From IMG/VR virus record IMGVR_UViG_3300032237_000809, positions 1-64,000 of that record: a DNA stretch of 64,000 bases. One strand, given 5' to 3'. This DNA is from a virus. Lineage: Duplodnaviria; Caudoviricetes. A program made the position numbers and the translations under genes. Position 1 is the stretch's first letter, and every line of letters begins with the position of its first letter. Positions 8,084 to 19,786 of this stretch are shown here, piece after piece. The notes under the pieces are model-generated. The model was not told the origin of the DNA. It worked only from the letters and a program-made list of their open reading frames with translations, and made no database searches.

Positions 8084-11000
8084 ATGATACAGACTGGATT
8101 TGAATCTAGAGTAAAAATACAGCAGATAGTTAGTAACCAGATTCCAGAATTTATATTGGATGAAAGTCCTAAAACTTCTGAATTTTTAAAGCAATATTAT
8201 ATTTCTCAAGAATATCAAGGTGGTCCTGTAGATATTGCAGAGAATCTAGATCAATATTTAAAACTTGATAATCTAACTCCAGATGTTGTTGTAGATAAAT
8301 CAATACTAAGTAGTGATATTAATCTATCTACACAAATAATTACCATATCAAGTACTAAAGGATTCCCACAAAAATATGGTCTTATTAAAATTGATGATGA
8401 AATTATCACTTATACTGGTATAACAACCAATACTTTTACTGGTTGTATTCGTGGATTTAGTGGCATTACATCATATCATTCAGATTTTAATCAAGAAGAA
8501 TTAGTATTTTCTACATCTAAAGCAGAATCTCATACTAGTGGATCAATAGTACAAAATTTAAGTTCGTTATTTTTAAAGGAATTTTATAAAAAATTAAAAT
8601 ATTCTTTAACTCCTGGACTGGAAAATTTAGATTTTGTTTCTGATCTACATGTAGGTAATTTTATAAAAAATGCAAGATCTTTTTATCAATCTAAGGGTAC
8701 TGATGAATCTTTTAGAATCTTATTTAATGTTTTATATGGTGTTACTCCTAAGGTAATAAATTTAGAAGATTTTCTTATCAAACCATCATCTGCAGAATAT
8801 GTAAGAAGACAAGTAGTTTCTGCAGAAAGAATTTCTGGCAATCCATCAAAATTAGTTGGTCAAACAATTTTTAAATCGACAGATTCATCTACGAGTGCAT
8901 CAATATCTGAAGTAGAGATATTTACAAGAAGAAATAAAGTTTATTATAAATTATCGCTATTTATTGGATATGAAGAAGATTCTGCTGTTCAAGGAAACTT
9001 TACTATCACACAAAATACTAAGTGTGTAGAAAATGTTCCAATTGGATCATCAGTTATTACAGTAGATTCTACAATTGGATTTAATGAATCTGGCACTGTT
9101 GTATCAGGAAATAATGTAATTACTTACACCGAAAAGAGTATTAATCAATTTTTAGGATGTTCTGGAATAACATCAGCGATTAGTAGTGCAGATAATATAA
9201 GATCTGATGAGATCTATTATGGATATGAAGATGGTGATACAACCAAAAAAGTAGAATTGAGATTTACTGGAGTATTATCAAAATTTGTACCAATATCAAA
9301 ATCTTTTAAGGTTAGTATAGGTGATGAAATTTCAGTAAAAAATCTTGGAGAAAATATTACAAATCCAAATAATAATTCATCATATAAACAAATTTTTACA
9401 AATTCTTGGATTTATAATACTAGTTCAAGATATGAAATAAACTCTATTAGTGGATCGTCATTAATTCTCAAAAGTCCCATCGATCGTTCTAGTTTAAAAG
9501 AAGGCGATCAAGTAGAAATTTTAGAAAGAAATTCTAATAATGTAGTATTTCCTTCAATGGGAGGAGATTTTCCTTACGTTAAAGATGAAATTTATAAAAA
9601 TTCATATTCAGTCACTTTAAACAATTTTTCCTTTACTTTACAATCAGGAAAAGAATATGATTTAAGAAGAAAAGTAAATAAGGCAAGTAGTGCTATAGTA
9701 CCAATTAAATTTGGTAATGACATTATTTTGTCAGATATACAAAATGTATATAATGAAAGTGATGAATACATGTATGTGGCATCAAATTCTTTACCATCAA
9801 ATAATAAAAATCTAAACATACCTTATGCATATAAAATTGCAAAAACTATTAACGCATCTGTAGCAATTGGCATATCTGATAAAGTTTCAAATGGTTCATA
9901 TTCGACAATAGTATTTAATGATACTGTCCCATTTATTAGTGGAGATAGAGTATATTATGATCCACAATCAATTCCTATTTCTGGATTAACCACGGGGTAT
10001 TATTATGCTGAAGTTAGAACAAACAATAAAATTAGATTATATTCTTCAAGATCTTTTATTGCTGGAGACCAATATTTAACATATAGTTCACCAACTATTT
10101 CTGTAGGATCTGATAGATTCATATTATCATCTCAAAAATCTGCAGAAATTGCGCCACAAAAATTACTTAAAAAATTTCCATTAAAGCAAGATATAGGAAA
10201 TGGTTCGGATGAAATAACAATTCCAGGATCAACCGGAATGTTAATTAATGGAGTAGAAATTAAAAATTACAAATCAGATGATAAAATCTATTATGGGCCT
10301 TTAGAATCCATAGAAGTTTTAAATGGTGGCACAAATTATGATGTAATAAATCCACCAGTAATATCAATTTCTTCTGGAATAGGCGTAACTGCTCTAGTTC
10401 AACCAGTTATTAAAGGGAGTATTAAAAAAATCTTTATTGATCAGCAAGATTTTGATATCAATGATTCAGTATCTATTTCTGTAAGTGGTGGTAATGGTTA
10501 TGGTGCTGTTTTTGAACCTGTTATTAAGAAAAGAGTAAGAGAAATATATTTTGACTCCAGACTAACATATGGTATCGATTCAACCTACGAATCTTTAACA
10601 TTTTTAACAGATCATAATTTAAATAATGGCGATCAAATAATCTACAATTCTAATGGAAATGCAGAAATTGGAATTGGTACATACTATGGATCTAATAATG
10701 ATCAAAACAAAACATTAATTAATAATTTATCATATTATACAAAAGTTGAAAATAATAGAAGTATAAAATTATATTCAACTTATTTGGATTATTCGGCCGG
10801 TATTAACACCATAGGATTTACAGGGACCAATAATGTAGGTATCCACAAGTTTATATCTCTTTCAAATAAAAACACCTTATATGAAATTAAGGTCATTAAT
10901 GGTGGTGAGGGATATCAAAATAGAAAGTTGATTGTTGGTACAAACGGAATATCGACAATAACTAATACTATTACATTTAATGGGCATGGATTTGGTGATG

Positions 11001-14000
11001 GAGAACTTATTTCATATAATTATCAATCCTCTCCAATAGTAGGACTTTCAACATTAAATCAATTCTATATTTTAAAAGTAGATGAAGATTCTTTTAGATT
11101 ATGTGATGCTGGAATTGGTGGGACTAACCCAGCAAATTATAATAGAAAAAAATATGTTAAATTATCCTCAACTGGAACTGGTTATCAATATTTTAATTAT
11201 CCAAATATTTCAGTTCTAGTATCATATTCTAAAGTTGGCCTTGGAACTACAACACAAATTTATTCCAATATTACATCTGTACCAGTTGTTAGAGGAAGTA
11301 TAGTTGATGCATATCTATATGAAAGTGGGACTGATTATGGTTCGACTATATTAAATTTACATAAAAAACCATTAATATCAATAAAAAATGGAAAAGAGGC
11401 TCAATTAAGTCCAATAATTATTAATGGTACAATTGATTCAGTTTCAATTCAATATGGTGGATATGAATATTATTCCATACCAGATTTAATTGTTACGGAT
11501 TTATCTAATTCTGGTTCTGGTGCAGAATTAAAACCTATTATAACAGATGGAAAGATTACTTCCGTAAGTGTAATAAATCCTGGAATAGGATATTCTAGTT
11601 CATCAACTAGTATTCAAGTAAAATCTGCAGGAATAAATGCTATTTTTGATGTTAAAGTAAGATCTCTTACAGTAAATAATAATGTAAAATTTGGCAATGA
11701 GTTATTAACAAATAATCAAAATTATTTACAATATTCAGTTTGTGGATATTTTTCTACTTTGAGGCAATCATTTAAAGATACTGGATCAAATCATTCACCA
11801 ATAATTGGGTGGGCATATGATGGAAATCCAATATATGGATCTTATGGATATACTTCAATAGATTCTTCCACATCTATAAAATTATTAGAATCTGGATATA
11901 AACTGAATACTAGCAATATTAATAATAGACCAAATGGATTTGTAGGTGGATTCTTTGTTGAGGACTATACTTATACTAATTCTGGAGATTTAGATAAAAA
12001 TAATGGAAGATTTTCTATAACACCAGAATTTCCAGATGGTGTTTATGCTTATTTTGCTCCTATTAAAGTTGGGACATTGGAACCAGTTTTTCCATATTTT
12101 ATTGGAAATACTTATAGATCAAATTTTATAAAAGAAAACTCTAATATTAATCAATCATTTGATTTTAATAATTCAAGATTAACTAGAAATACTTTCCCAT
12201 ATAAAACTTCAGATAAGTATGCAGGTAATGATTTCATAGTAGAATCTAATGAATTTTCACAACAAAAATCAATCATTGAATCTGTTACAGATGGATATGT
12301 AAGTGATTTTGATATTTTAACTCGCGGATTAAATTATAAAGTTGGAGATTCTCTAAAATTTGATAGCACTAATACTTCTGGTGGAGGATTAGTATCTAGA
12401 GTTTCTTCCATACAAGGAATAGATATTGTAAATGTTAATACATCTACACAAATTTATGAAAATGCTGTCTTTACTTGGAAAAATGGATCAGAAGTAAATG
12501 TATCCATTTTACCAAATCATACTTTATTGAATAATGATACCATTGTAATTTCTGGGTTTTCTACCAATTTATCAAAATTAAATGGATACCATAGTATTGG
12601 TATTACATCGTATTATTCTAATGTTTTGGAAGATATTCCGGCATCAACAATTGGAATAACTACAGAAATATATGTTTCACAAATTCCAGATAATATTTCC
12701 ATTGGAAGTAGTATTACAATTAAAAATGAAGTACTATCAGTTATTGAAGTATTTAAAAATTTAAATATACTAAAGGTTAAAAGAGGATTAACTGGAATAT
12801 CACATACTGCAACAACACAAATAAATTTTATACCAAATTCATTTACAATTTTCAAAAATATTAATTATTTTGATTCAAAATTAAATGATAAGGTTTATTT
12901 TAATCCTCAAGAATCTGTAGGTATAGGTACAACTACTGGAATCACAAATTTAATTACATTCCCATTTGGAAATTCTAGTATTACAAGATCAGTTCCTACA
13001 AAAGGGATTTATATTGAAAATCATCCATTTAAAGATAATCAACAGGTTGTCTTCACCAGACCAAATGGTTCGTCAGCAATTTCAATATCAACCTCTTCAA
13101 ATTCATCTCCAACATACTTACCTAGTTCTGGAAATTCTCAAATTGTTTACATTGTAAATAAAAATATAAACACTATAGGCATAAAAACTGCAATAAATTC
13201 GCCAGAAGTATTTTTCATAACCAATGGAGATAATAATGATGAATACTCATTAGAAAATTCATATGAACAAATCGTTGGAAATGTTAAAAAAATTAAATCT
13301 ACAGTTTCCGTTTCAACATCACACAATTTAAGAAGTGGTGATCAAATTTTATTGAATATAAAACCAAATCGTTCTGTAGGAATTGGAACTTCTACATCGA
13401 TAGTTGTGAAAAGAGATACTAATTCTGGAAATATATTAATAAATCCTCTCGGATTTAGTTCCACCGGAATTAATACTATTACAAATTCAATAACTATTAA
13501 TTATCATAATTTTAATACTGGAGATAAAGTTTTATATTCTGCTAGTGATTTAGTTGCTTCTGGTCTTTCTACGGGTGCATACTATATCTACAAAATTGAT
13601 TCTAATATCTTTAAATTGTCAGAAACTTATGTAGATTCAACATCAATTTCACCTATATTTGTAAGCATTGCTTCAACTGGTGGAAAATATCAAAAAGTCT
13701 CATTAATTAATCCAAAAATATTATCAGTAAAAAATAATAATTTAGTATTTAATTTATCAGATTCTTCATTATTTGGGTATAAATTTAAACTTTTTTATGA
13801 TGAATACTTTAATAATGAATTTATTTCTACTGGATCAACAAGTGTATTTTCATCTGTTGGTATTGAGACCACTGGTGGTTACTCAGATTCATCATTAACA
13901 TTAAAATATTCTAACGAGTTACCTTCAAAATTATACTATAATCTAGAAAAATCTGGATATATTAGTACTTCAGATAAAGAAGTTATAGATGGATCTCAAA

Positions 14001-17000
14001 TAGTATTTACTGATAGTGTATATAATGGATACTATGCGATATCTGGAATAGGAACAACAACATTCAATATTTCACTAAAAGAAATTCCTGAAAAATTATC
14101 ATATTCTCAAAGTGATTGTGATGTTTTAGAATATTCAACTACTTCAAAAACTTCAAATGGGCCGATTAATAAAGTTAATATTATTTCCAGCGGAACTGGG
14201 TATAAAAAATTACCTATTTTTATTGGACTAGATTCGGAAAATGGGGTAGGTGCTTATATTGTTCCAAAATCTACTACGATAGGCAATCCAAAAGAAGTGA
14301 GAATTGTTAATGAGGGATTTGAATATTCTTCAGATAAAACTTTAGATCCAACTGCATACATATCCCCACTAATAACAATAGAAGATTCAAATACTATTTC
14401 TGATATTAAAGTTATAAATTCAGGAAAAAACTATACTAATGCACCTTCAATTCAAATTGTTAATTTACAAACTGGCGAAGATATCAATAGTGGAATTTTG
14501 AAATGTATTTTATCTGGCAATTCTATTTCTTCAGTTAATGTAGTTCAGGAACCAAAAGGATTGCCATCAACAGGGGTAAAATTATTTGCAACTAATAATA
14601 CAAATGGAATCAGTATTCAAAAAGTAGAGTCTTCATCTACAGGCATCTTTACTTGTGCAATAACTACGCCAACATTAGGTTTTAATATCCAACCATTTAA
14701 TATTGGAGATCAAGTATTTATTGAGGGTATACAAAAAGATGGATCTAGTGGATCTGGATTTAATTCCAAAGATTATGGTTATAAGTTTTTCGCCGTGAGT
14801 AATTATGATAACTTAGGTATTTTAGTTAGAGTAACAATTGATATTTCAAATTTAACAACAAATACTGGCATAGCAAAAACAATCCAAGACTCTTCAGGAA
14901 TAATTGTACAATCTACCAATTATCCCGATTTTAAGGTTACTCAAAAATCATCACTATTTTTAATTGGTGAAAAAATTATTTCAAATACTATTGAAAGGGA
15001 TCTTTTTATTACAAGTTCGGATAACAATTTTATTAAAGTTTCTGGATCTTATGAGTTATCAGTTGGAGAAATTATAAAAGGAAAGGAATCTGGAAATATT
15101 GCAACCATAAGTAAAATTGATAATAATTTAGGAAAATTTGAAATTAATTATTCAGTAAAAAAAGAAAATGGTTGGTCAAATGATATTGGAAAATTAAATC
15201 AAGATAATCAATTAATTTCCGATAATGATTATTATCAAAATCTTTCTTATACAATAAAAAGTCCTATTGAATACGAAACTTTAAGGACACCTGTAAATAG
15301 TTTACTTCATACTATCGGATTAAAAAACTTTGCAGATACTTCAATTACATCCAGTGCAAGTGCAAAACCCAAAATAACGAATAATGCAGAATACTTATCT
15401 GTAGTTAATAATACAATTAACGAAAATAGAGTTGATACAATCTACAACTTTGATTTGGTACAGGATATTGATCTTGTTAATGGTCAATCAAAATTTATAA
15501 AACTAAAAACTAAAAAATTAGCTCCTTATATACAGTGTATCAGTAATAGAGTTTTAAGAATAGATGACATAAATTCCAAATTTTCTAATAGTGATGGATC
15601 TCCCTCAGAATTTTTAAATATATTAAAAATTAATACTTCAGTATCTTACAATAACTTATTATTGAGAATTACTGATCCATCTAATTCAAAGATTCAGTTT
15701 ACAGAAATTGTATTATTAAACGACTTGAATAATACATTTATTCTAGAAAAAGAATCATTGATTAATAGTACCAATTATATTCAAGAAGAATATGGAAATT
15801 TTTCAGTTATTACAGATTCTCTTGGAGACAGATATTTAAGATTTAATCCTACAGATCCATATAATTATGATTATGATATTAAAGTAATTGAGAATAATTT
15901 TAATTCCACTAATACTGGTATTGGAACCACACCAGTAGGATTTGTAAATTTAACTAGTTCAAACGTTGACATTACATCTGGAATAACAAGTTCAATTATT
16001 TCAATTCCATCCAATAAAATTGAAGCGTTATACGCAAACATTCAAATAATTAATAAAAATTCTAATCAAATGAATTTTGTTGAATTATATTTAAACTATG
16101 ATGGATCTGATACATATATTTCAGAATATTACTTTGATTCAGAATCTTCAACAAATAATTATTCAGGAAATTTAATAGGTACATTTGGCGCCAATATTTC
16201 TTCTGGTGTTTTATCACTTAACTATACCAATAATTCAAATAGTAATGTTAGTGTTAGATCAAAAATTGTTGGATTTGGAACAACTTCAATTGGAATAGGA
16301 ACATATAGATTTAAATCTATTGGAGAAATTGATGGATATGAAAGAACAGCAATTTATCAATCAAATTACAGATCTAATGTTTCTTCAGCTTCAACTATAT
16401 TGTCATTAAATTTTACCGATTTTAACGCAGTCAAATCTTTAGTAAAAGTAAGTACAGGATCAACAAGTTCTCTTCATCAAGTATTGATGATTCATGATAA
16501 TGCTGATACATATACACAACAATTTGCCTTCATTTCTGTCGGCAGTACAAGTGGAATTGGAACTTTTGGTGGTACATATTCTGCAAATAATTTCAATTTA
16601 ATATTTTATCCAGATTCAAATATAACTTCGCCAATTAATATTCTATCATTTAATCAGTGTTTATATGGTACTTTAGATTCTACTAATGTGCCATCTGATT
16701 TAAATTATGGAAAAGTAACTGAATCTATTCAAGTTTATGCATATAATGCAATTAATGGTAATAGAATAAACAGATCTATATTTGATTTAACTTCTAATGG
16801 TTATCCCATTTTTGCAAAAACTTTTAATCCTTCTAATAATTCAGTATTAAATCCTTCTACTGGAGTATTTACAATAAAAAATCATTTCTTCAGTAATGCT
16901 GAAAAATTAATTTATACACCAAAATCAACACTTATTGGTATTGGAGAAAGTGCCGTAGGTATAGGATCTACATTAAATTCTGTTGGAATTATAACAAATA

Positions 17001-19765
17001 AGTTACCATCAGAAGTTTATGTAATTAAAGATACTGATAATACTTTTAGATTATCAACTAGAAAGGATTATGCATTGTTAGGAATAGGAGTAACATTTAC
17101 TTCTTATGGATTAGGAAATTCCCATCAACTTGAAATGGATAAAAAGAATGAAAAAACAATTATAACTGTTGACAATGTTATTCAGTATCCATTATTATTC
17201 ACTGAGATAAATTATAATTTATCCGGAAATGGTGGACAAATTGGAGCAGCATCTAGTTATATCTCATTGACCGGAATTTCTTCAATATCTCCCAAAGATA
17301 TTCTAAAAGTTGGTAATGAATATATGACCATTATTTCTGTTGGATTTGGTACTACGAATATTGGACCAATTACAAATAGTGGATTAGTTCCTTTAGTGCA
17401 AGTTAATAGAGGTTCTGTTGGATCGTCAGCAACTACGCATACAGATTCTACTAACGCTAGAATTTATAAAGGATCATACAATATCAATGGCAATACAATA
17501 TTTTTTGCAGAATCTCCTAGAGGAAATCCACAAATAACTAAGGACTCTAGCAATTTAGATTTTGAAACTTCAGATTTTACCGGAAGAGTTTATCTTAGAA
17601 GTGATTATACAACAAATAAAATATATGATGATATTTCAAATAAATTTACTGGCATAGGTAGAACTTTTACACTAACTGTTGGTGGTGCTAATACTGTTGG
17701 TTTAGGTTCTGAGGGTACAAATGGAATTTTACTTATAAATGGAATTTTTCAAATTCCAACAACTGAAAATAATCCAAGTAACAATTTTAAAATTATTGAA
17801 AGTTCTTCCGGCGGATCTGGTATATCAAGTGTTGTATTCTCAGGAGTAACTGATAATACTAATAATATAATTACTTCAATATATGATGTTAACCAAAATC
17901 AAACTCCAAGAGGAGGTTTAATTATTTCTCTTGGTTCTTCAATTGGACTTGGATATGCACCATTAGTAGGAGCTTCAGTTACTGCTGTAATCAATGGTGG
18001 TGGAAGTATAACCTCTGTTGGACTTGGAAGTACTGATATTATCGGTTCTGGATACAATGGTATTGTATCTGTAGGTGTTACTGTATATGAAAGTAATCAT
18101 GTTGGTGCATCCGCAACAATAACAGCAACTGTAGGTGCTGGAGGTACATTAGCATTCAATATTATAAATGGTGGTACTGGATATGTAAATCCGCAGATAT
18201 TTGTTTCCTCTCCATCTTATGAAAATTTGGAAATCACCGGAGTTTCTAGAATAGGCGTTGGTGCAACTACTAGTACTGGAATTGGATTATTGTTAAATGT
18301 AGAAGTTGAATCTAATTCTGCAACTGGAATTGGATCTACATATTTTGGAGTTACTTCATTTAAAATATCACGACAAGGATATGCATTTAGACTTGGTGAT
18401 GTGTTTAAACCAGTTGGATTAGTTACTGATAAAAGATTATCATCACCATTATCAGAATTTAAATTAACAGTTTTAGGTACTTTTTCAGATTCTTTTGCTG
18501 CTTGGCAATTTGGTGAACTTGATTATATAGATTCCATCAAAGATTATCAAGATGGAATTAGAACTAGATTTCCATTATTTTACAATTCAGAATTACTAAG
18601 TTTTGAAAAAGTAAGTAATTCTGGTATAGATTTAAGCAATTTATTATTAATTTTTATAAATGGAGTACTTCAAGATCCTGGAGTTTCATACCAATTTGAT
18701 AGTGGAACTTCCTTTATATTTACAACAGCACCGAAAAAAGAAGATATTGTTTCAATATTCTTTTATAGAGGAACTAAAGATGTAGATAGTAAAAAATATG
18801 ATGTAGTTCCAACTTTAAAAAAGGGAGATACTGTACAGATATTTAAAAATAACAATATTTCAGGAACAGTATCTCAAGATGAGAGAAAGATTTTTGACTT
18901 ATCATACTCAGATAAATTTGAAACTAACTCATATTCTGGTTTGGGAATTGATGATCAAAATTATAAACCAATTAGTTGGATTAAACAAAAAGTTGATTCT
19001 AAACTTAATGGGGAAATTGTTTATAAAACTAGAGATTCTCTTGAATCTCAAATTTATCCAACAGCACAAATAATCAAAGATTTTTCGTCAACAACAAATG
19101 AAATTTTTATCGATTATGGTCCAGGAATTGGACAAACCGTCAATATATTTAATTATGAAAATAATGCGCCAGGATCTATTAAATTTGATTGTTTAGTAGT
19201 AGATATAAATTCAAGTAATCCTACAAAAACTGAACTGATAAAAGATATAAGTTCAGTTCAAGGATTTTCTGGAATTATTACTGGAATTACAACTACTACT
19301 GGAATAAGTGGTAATCCACTAGCACTTAAGTTTTATTTAAATGCTGCATCTTTTAGTGCAACAGGTCTTACTACTGGATATCCGATTTATGTTAAGGATA
19401 CATATGTTGGAAAAGGAATTACTTCCATAGATAATTCAAATACAAAAATTGTTGGAATTGGATCATCTTTCTTAGATAATATCTATTATGTACATAGTAT
19501 TTCATACTCTGGATCTAATGCTGTGGTTATCTCCAATATAAAATCAAATACTTCAGTAGTTGGAATACAAACTACTGGAAGTATAACAAAACCTGTAGGA
19601 AAATTTTCTTGGGGAAGGTTATCTGGATTTAAACGATCTAGTTCACCTATTTCTATAGGAGTATCTGGAAAAACTATAGATGTTGGATTAACAACTTTTT
19701 CAAGTATTCAAAGAAGAAGCGATGGATTTAATTCCACAGGATCGTTATCTCCAAAACTTACATAA
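8084..19765 (+). CDS. gp7: giant baseplate wedge initiator gp7-like protein (3893 aa)
   Basis: Between gp6 and gp8; FY.SKGT..SF..LF, DNDYYQ..SY motifs; YHYH-like HSPIIGWAYDGNPIYG segment. Confidence 0.85.
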   Translation: MIQTGFESRVKIQQIVSNQIPEFILDESPKTSEFLKQYYISQEYQGGPVDIAENLDQYLKLDNLTPDVVVDKSILSSDINLSTQIITISSTKGFPQKYGLIKIDDEIITYTGITTNTFTGCIRGFSGITSYHSDFNQEELVFSTSKAESHTSGSIVQNLSSLFLKEFYKKLKYSLTPGLENLDFVSDLHVGNFIKNARSFYQSKGTDESFRILFNVLYGVTPKVINLEDFLIKPSSAEYVRRQVVSAERISGNPSKLVGQTIFKSTDSSTSASISEVEIFTRRNKVYYKLSLFIGYEEDSAVQGNFTITQNTKCVENVPIGSSVITVDSTIGFNESGTVVSGNNVITYTEKSINQFLGCSGITSAISSADNIRSDEIYYGYEDGDTTKKVELRFTGVLSKFVPISKSFKVSIGDEISVKNLGENITNPNNNSSYKQIFTNSWIYNTSSRYEINSISGSSLILKSPIDRSSLKEGDQVEILERNSNNVVFPSMGGDFPYVKDEIYKNSYSVTLNNFSFTLQSGKEYDLRRKVNKASSAIVPIKFGNDIILSDIQNVYNESDEYMYVASNSLPSNNKNLNIPYAYKIAKTINASVAIGISDKVSNGSYSTIVFNDTVPFISGDRVYYDPQSIPISGLTTGYYYAEVRTNNKIRLYSSRSFIAGDQYLTYSSPTISVGSDRFILSSQKSAEIAPQKLLKKFPLKQDIGNGSDEITIPGSTGMLINGVEIKNYKSDDKIYYGPLESIEVLNGGTNYDVINPPVISISSGIGVTALVQPVIKGSIKKIFIDQQDFDINDSVSISVSGGNGYGAVFEPVIKKRVREIYFDSRLTYGIDSTYESLTFLTDHNLNNGDQIIYNSNGNAEIGIGTYYGSNNDQNKTLINNLSYYTKVENNRSIKLYSTYLDYSAGINTIGFTGTNNVGIHKFISLSNKNTLYEIKVINGGEGYQNRKLIVGTNGISTITNTITFNGHGFGDGELISYNYQSSPIVGLSTLNQFYILKVDEDSFRLCDAGIGGTNPANYNRKKYVKLSSTGTGYQYFNYPNISVLVSYSKVGLGTTTQIYSNITSVPVVRGSIVDAYLYESGTDYGSTILNLHKKPLISIKNGKEAQLSPIIINGTIDSVSIQYGGYEYYSIPDLIVTDLSNSGSGAELKPIITDGKITSVSVINPGIGYSSSSTSIQVKSAGINAIFDVKVRSLTVNNNVKFGNELLTNNQNYLQYSVCGYFSTLRQSFKDTGSNHSPIIGWAYDGNPIYGSYGYTSIDSSTSIKLLESGYKLNTSNINNRPNGFVGGFFVEDYTYTNSGDLDKNNGRFSITPEFPDGVYAYFAPIKVGTLEPVFPYFIGNTYRSNFIKENSNINQSFDFNNSRLTRNTFPYKTSDKYAGNDFIVESNEFSQQKSIIESVTDGYVSDFDILTRGLNYKVGDSLKFDSTNTSGGGLVSRVSSIQGIDIVNVNTSTQIYENAVFTWKNGSEVNVSILPNHTLLNNDTIVISGFSTNLSKLNGYHSIGITSYYSNVLEDIPASTIGITTEIYVSQIPDNISIGSSITIKNEVLSVIEVFKNLNILKVKRGLTGISHTATTQINFIPNSFTIFKNINYFDSKLNDKVYFNPQESVGIGTTTGITNLITFPFGNSSITRSVPTKGIYIENHPFKDNQQVVFTRPNGSSAISISTSSNSSPTYLPSSGNSQIVYIVNKNINTIGIKTAINSPEVFFITNGDNNDEYSLENSYEQIVGNVKKIKSTVSVSTSHNLRSGDQILLNIKPNRSVGIGTSTSIVVKRDTNSGNILINPLGFSSTGINTITNSITINYHNFNTGDKVLYSASDLVASGLSTGAYYIYKIDSNIFKLSETYVDSTSISPIFVSIASTGGKYQKVSLINPKILSVKNNNLVFNLSDSSLFGYKFKLFYDEYFNNEFISTGSTSVFSSVGIETTGGYSDSSLTLKYSNELPSKLYYNLEKSGYISTSDKEVIDGSQIVFTDSVYNGYYAISGIGTTTFNISLKEIPEKLSYSQSDCDVLEYSTTSKTSNGPINKVNIISSGTGYKKLPIFIGLDSENGVGAYIVPKSTTIGNPKEVRIVNEGFEYSSDKTLDPTAYISPLITIEDSNTISDIKVINSGKNYTNAPSIQIVNLQTGEDINSGILKCILSGNSISSVNVVQEPKGLPSTGVKLFATNNTNGISIQKVESSSTGIFTCAITTPTLGFNIQPFNIGDQVFIEGIQKDGSSGSGFNSKDYGYKFFAVSNYDNLGILVRVTIDISNLTTNTGIAKTIQDSSGIIVQSTNYPDFKVTQKSSLFLIGEKIISNTIERDLFITSSDNNFIKVSGSYELSVGEIIKGKESGNIATISKIDNNLGKFEINYSVKKENGWSNDIGKLNQDNQLISDNDYYQNLSYTIKSPIEYETLRTPVNSLLHTIGLKNFADTSITSSASAKPKITNNAEYLSVVNNTINENRVDTIYNFDLVQDIDLVNGQSKFIKLKTKKLAPYIQCISNRVLRIDDINSKFSNSDGSPSEFLNILKINTSVSYNNLLLRITDPSNSKIQFTEIVLLNDLNNTFILEKESLINSTNYIQEEYGNFSVITDSLGDRYLRFNPTDPYNYDYDIKVIENNFNSTNTGIGTTPVGFVNLTSSNVDITSGITSSIISIPSNKIEALYANIQIINKNSNQMNFVELYLNYDGSDTYISEYYFDSESSTNNYSGNLIGTFGANISSGVLSLNYTNNSNSNVSVRSKIVGFGTTSIGIGTYRFKSIGEIDGYERTAIYQSNYRSNVSSASTILSLNFTDFNAVKSLVKVSTGSTSSLHQVLMIHDNADTYTQQFAFISVGSTSGIGTFGGTYSANNFNLIFYPDSNITSPINILSFNQCLYGTLDSTNVPSDLNYGKVTESIQVYAYNAINGNRINRSIFDLTSNGYPIFAKTFNPSNNSVLNPSTGVFTIKNHFFSNAEKLIYTPKSTLIGIGESAVGIGSTLNSVGIITNKLPSEVYVIKDTDNTFRLSTRKDYALLGIGVTFTSYGLGNSHQLEMDKKNEKTIITVDNVIQYPLLFTEINYNLSGNGGQIGAASSYISLTGISSISPKDILKVGNEYMTIISVGFGTTNIGPITNSGLVPLVQVNRGSVGSSATTHTDSTNARIYKGSYNINGNTIFFAESPRGNPQITKDSSNLDFETSDFTGRVYLRSDYTTNKIYDDISNKFTGIGRTFTLTVGGANTVGLGSEGTNGILLINGIFQIPTTENNPSNNFKIIESSSGGSGISSVVFSGVTDNTNNIITSIYDVNQNQTPRGGLIISLGSSIGLGYAPLVGASVTAVINGGGSITSVGLGSTDIIGSGYNGIVSVGVTVYESNHVGASATITATVGAGGTLAFNIINGGTGYVNPQIFVSSPSYENLEITGVSRIGVGATTSTGIGLLLNVEVESNSATGIGSTYFGVTSFKISRQGYAFRLGDVFKPVGLVTDKRLSSPLSEFKLTVLGTFSDSFAAWQFGELDYIDSIKDYQDGIRTRFPLFYNSELLSFEKVSNSGIDLSNLLLIFINGVLQDPGVSYQFDSGTSFIFTTAPKKEDIVSIFFYRGTKDVDSKKYDVVPTLKKGDTVQIFKNNNISGTVSQDERKIFDLSYSDKFETNSYSGLGIDDQNYKPISWIKQKVDSKLNGEIVYKTRDSLESQIYPTAQIIKDFSSTTNEIFIDYGPGIGQTVNIFNYENNAPGSIKFDCLVVDINSSNPTKTELIKDISSVQGFSGIITGITTTTGISGNPLALKFYLNAASFSATGLTTGYPIYVKDTYVGKGITSIDNSNTKIVGIGSSFLDNIYYVHSISYSGSNAVVISNIKSNTSVVGIQTTGSITKPVGKFSWGRLSGFKRSSSPISIGVSGKTIDVGLTTFSSIQRRSDGFNSTGSLSPKLT

Positions 19766-19786
19766 ATATAGAAAAAAAGTAATGAT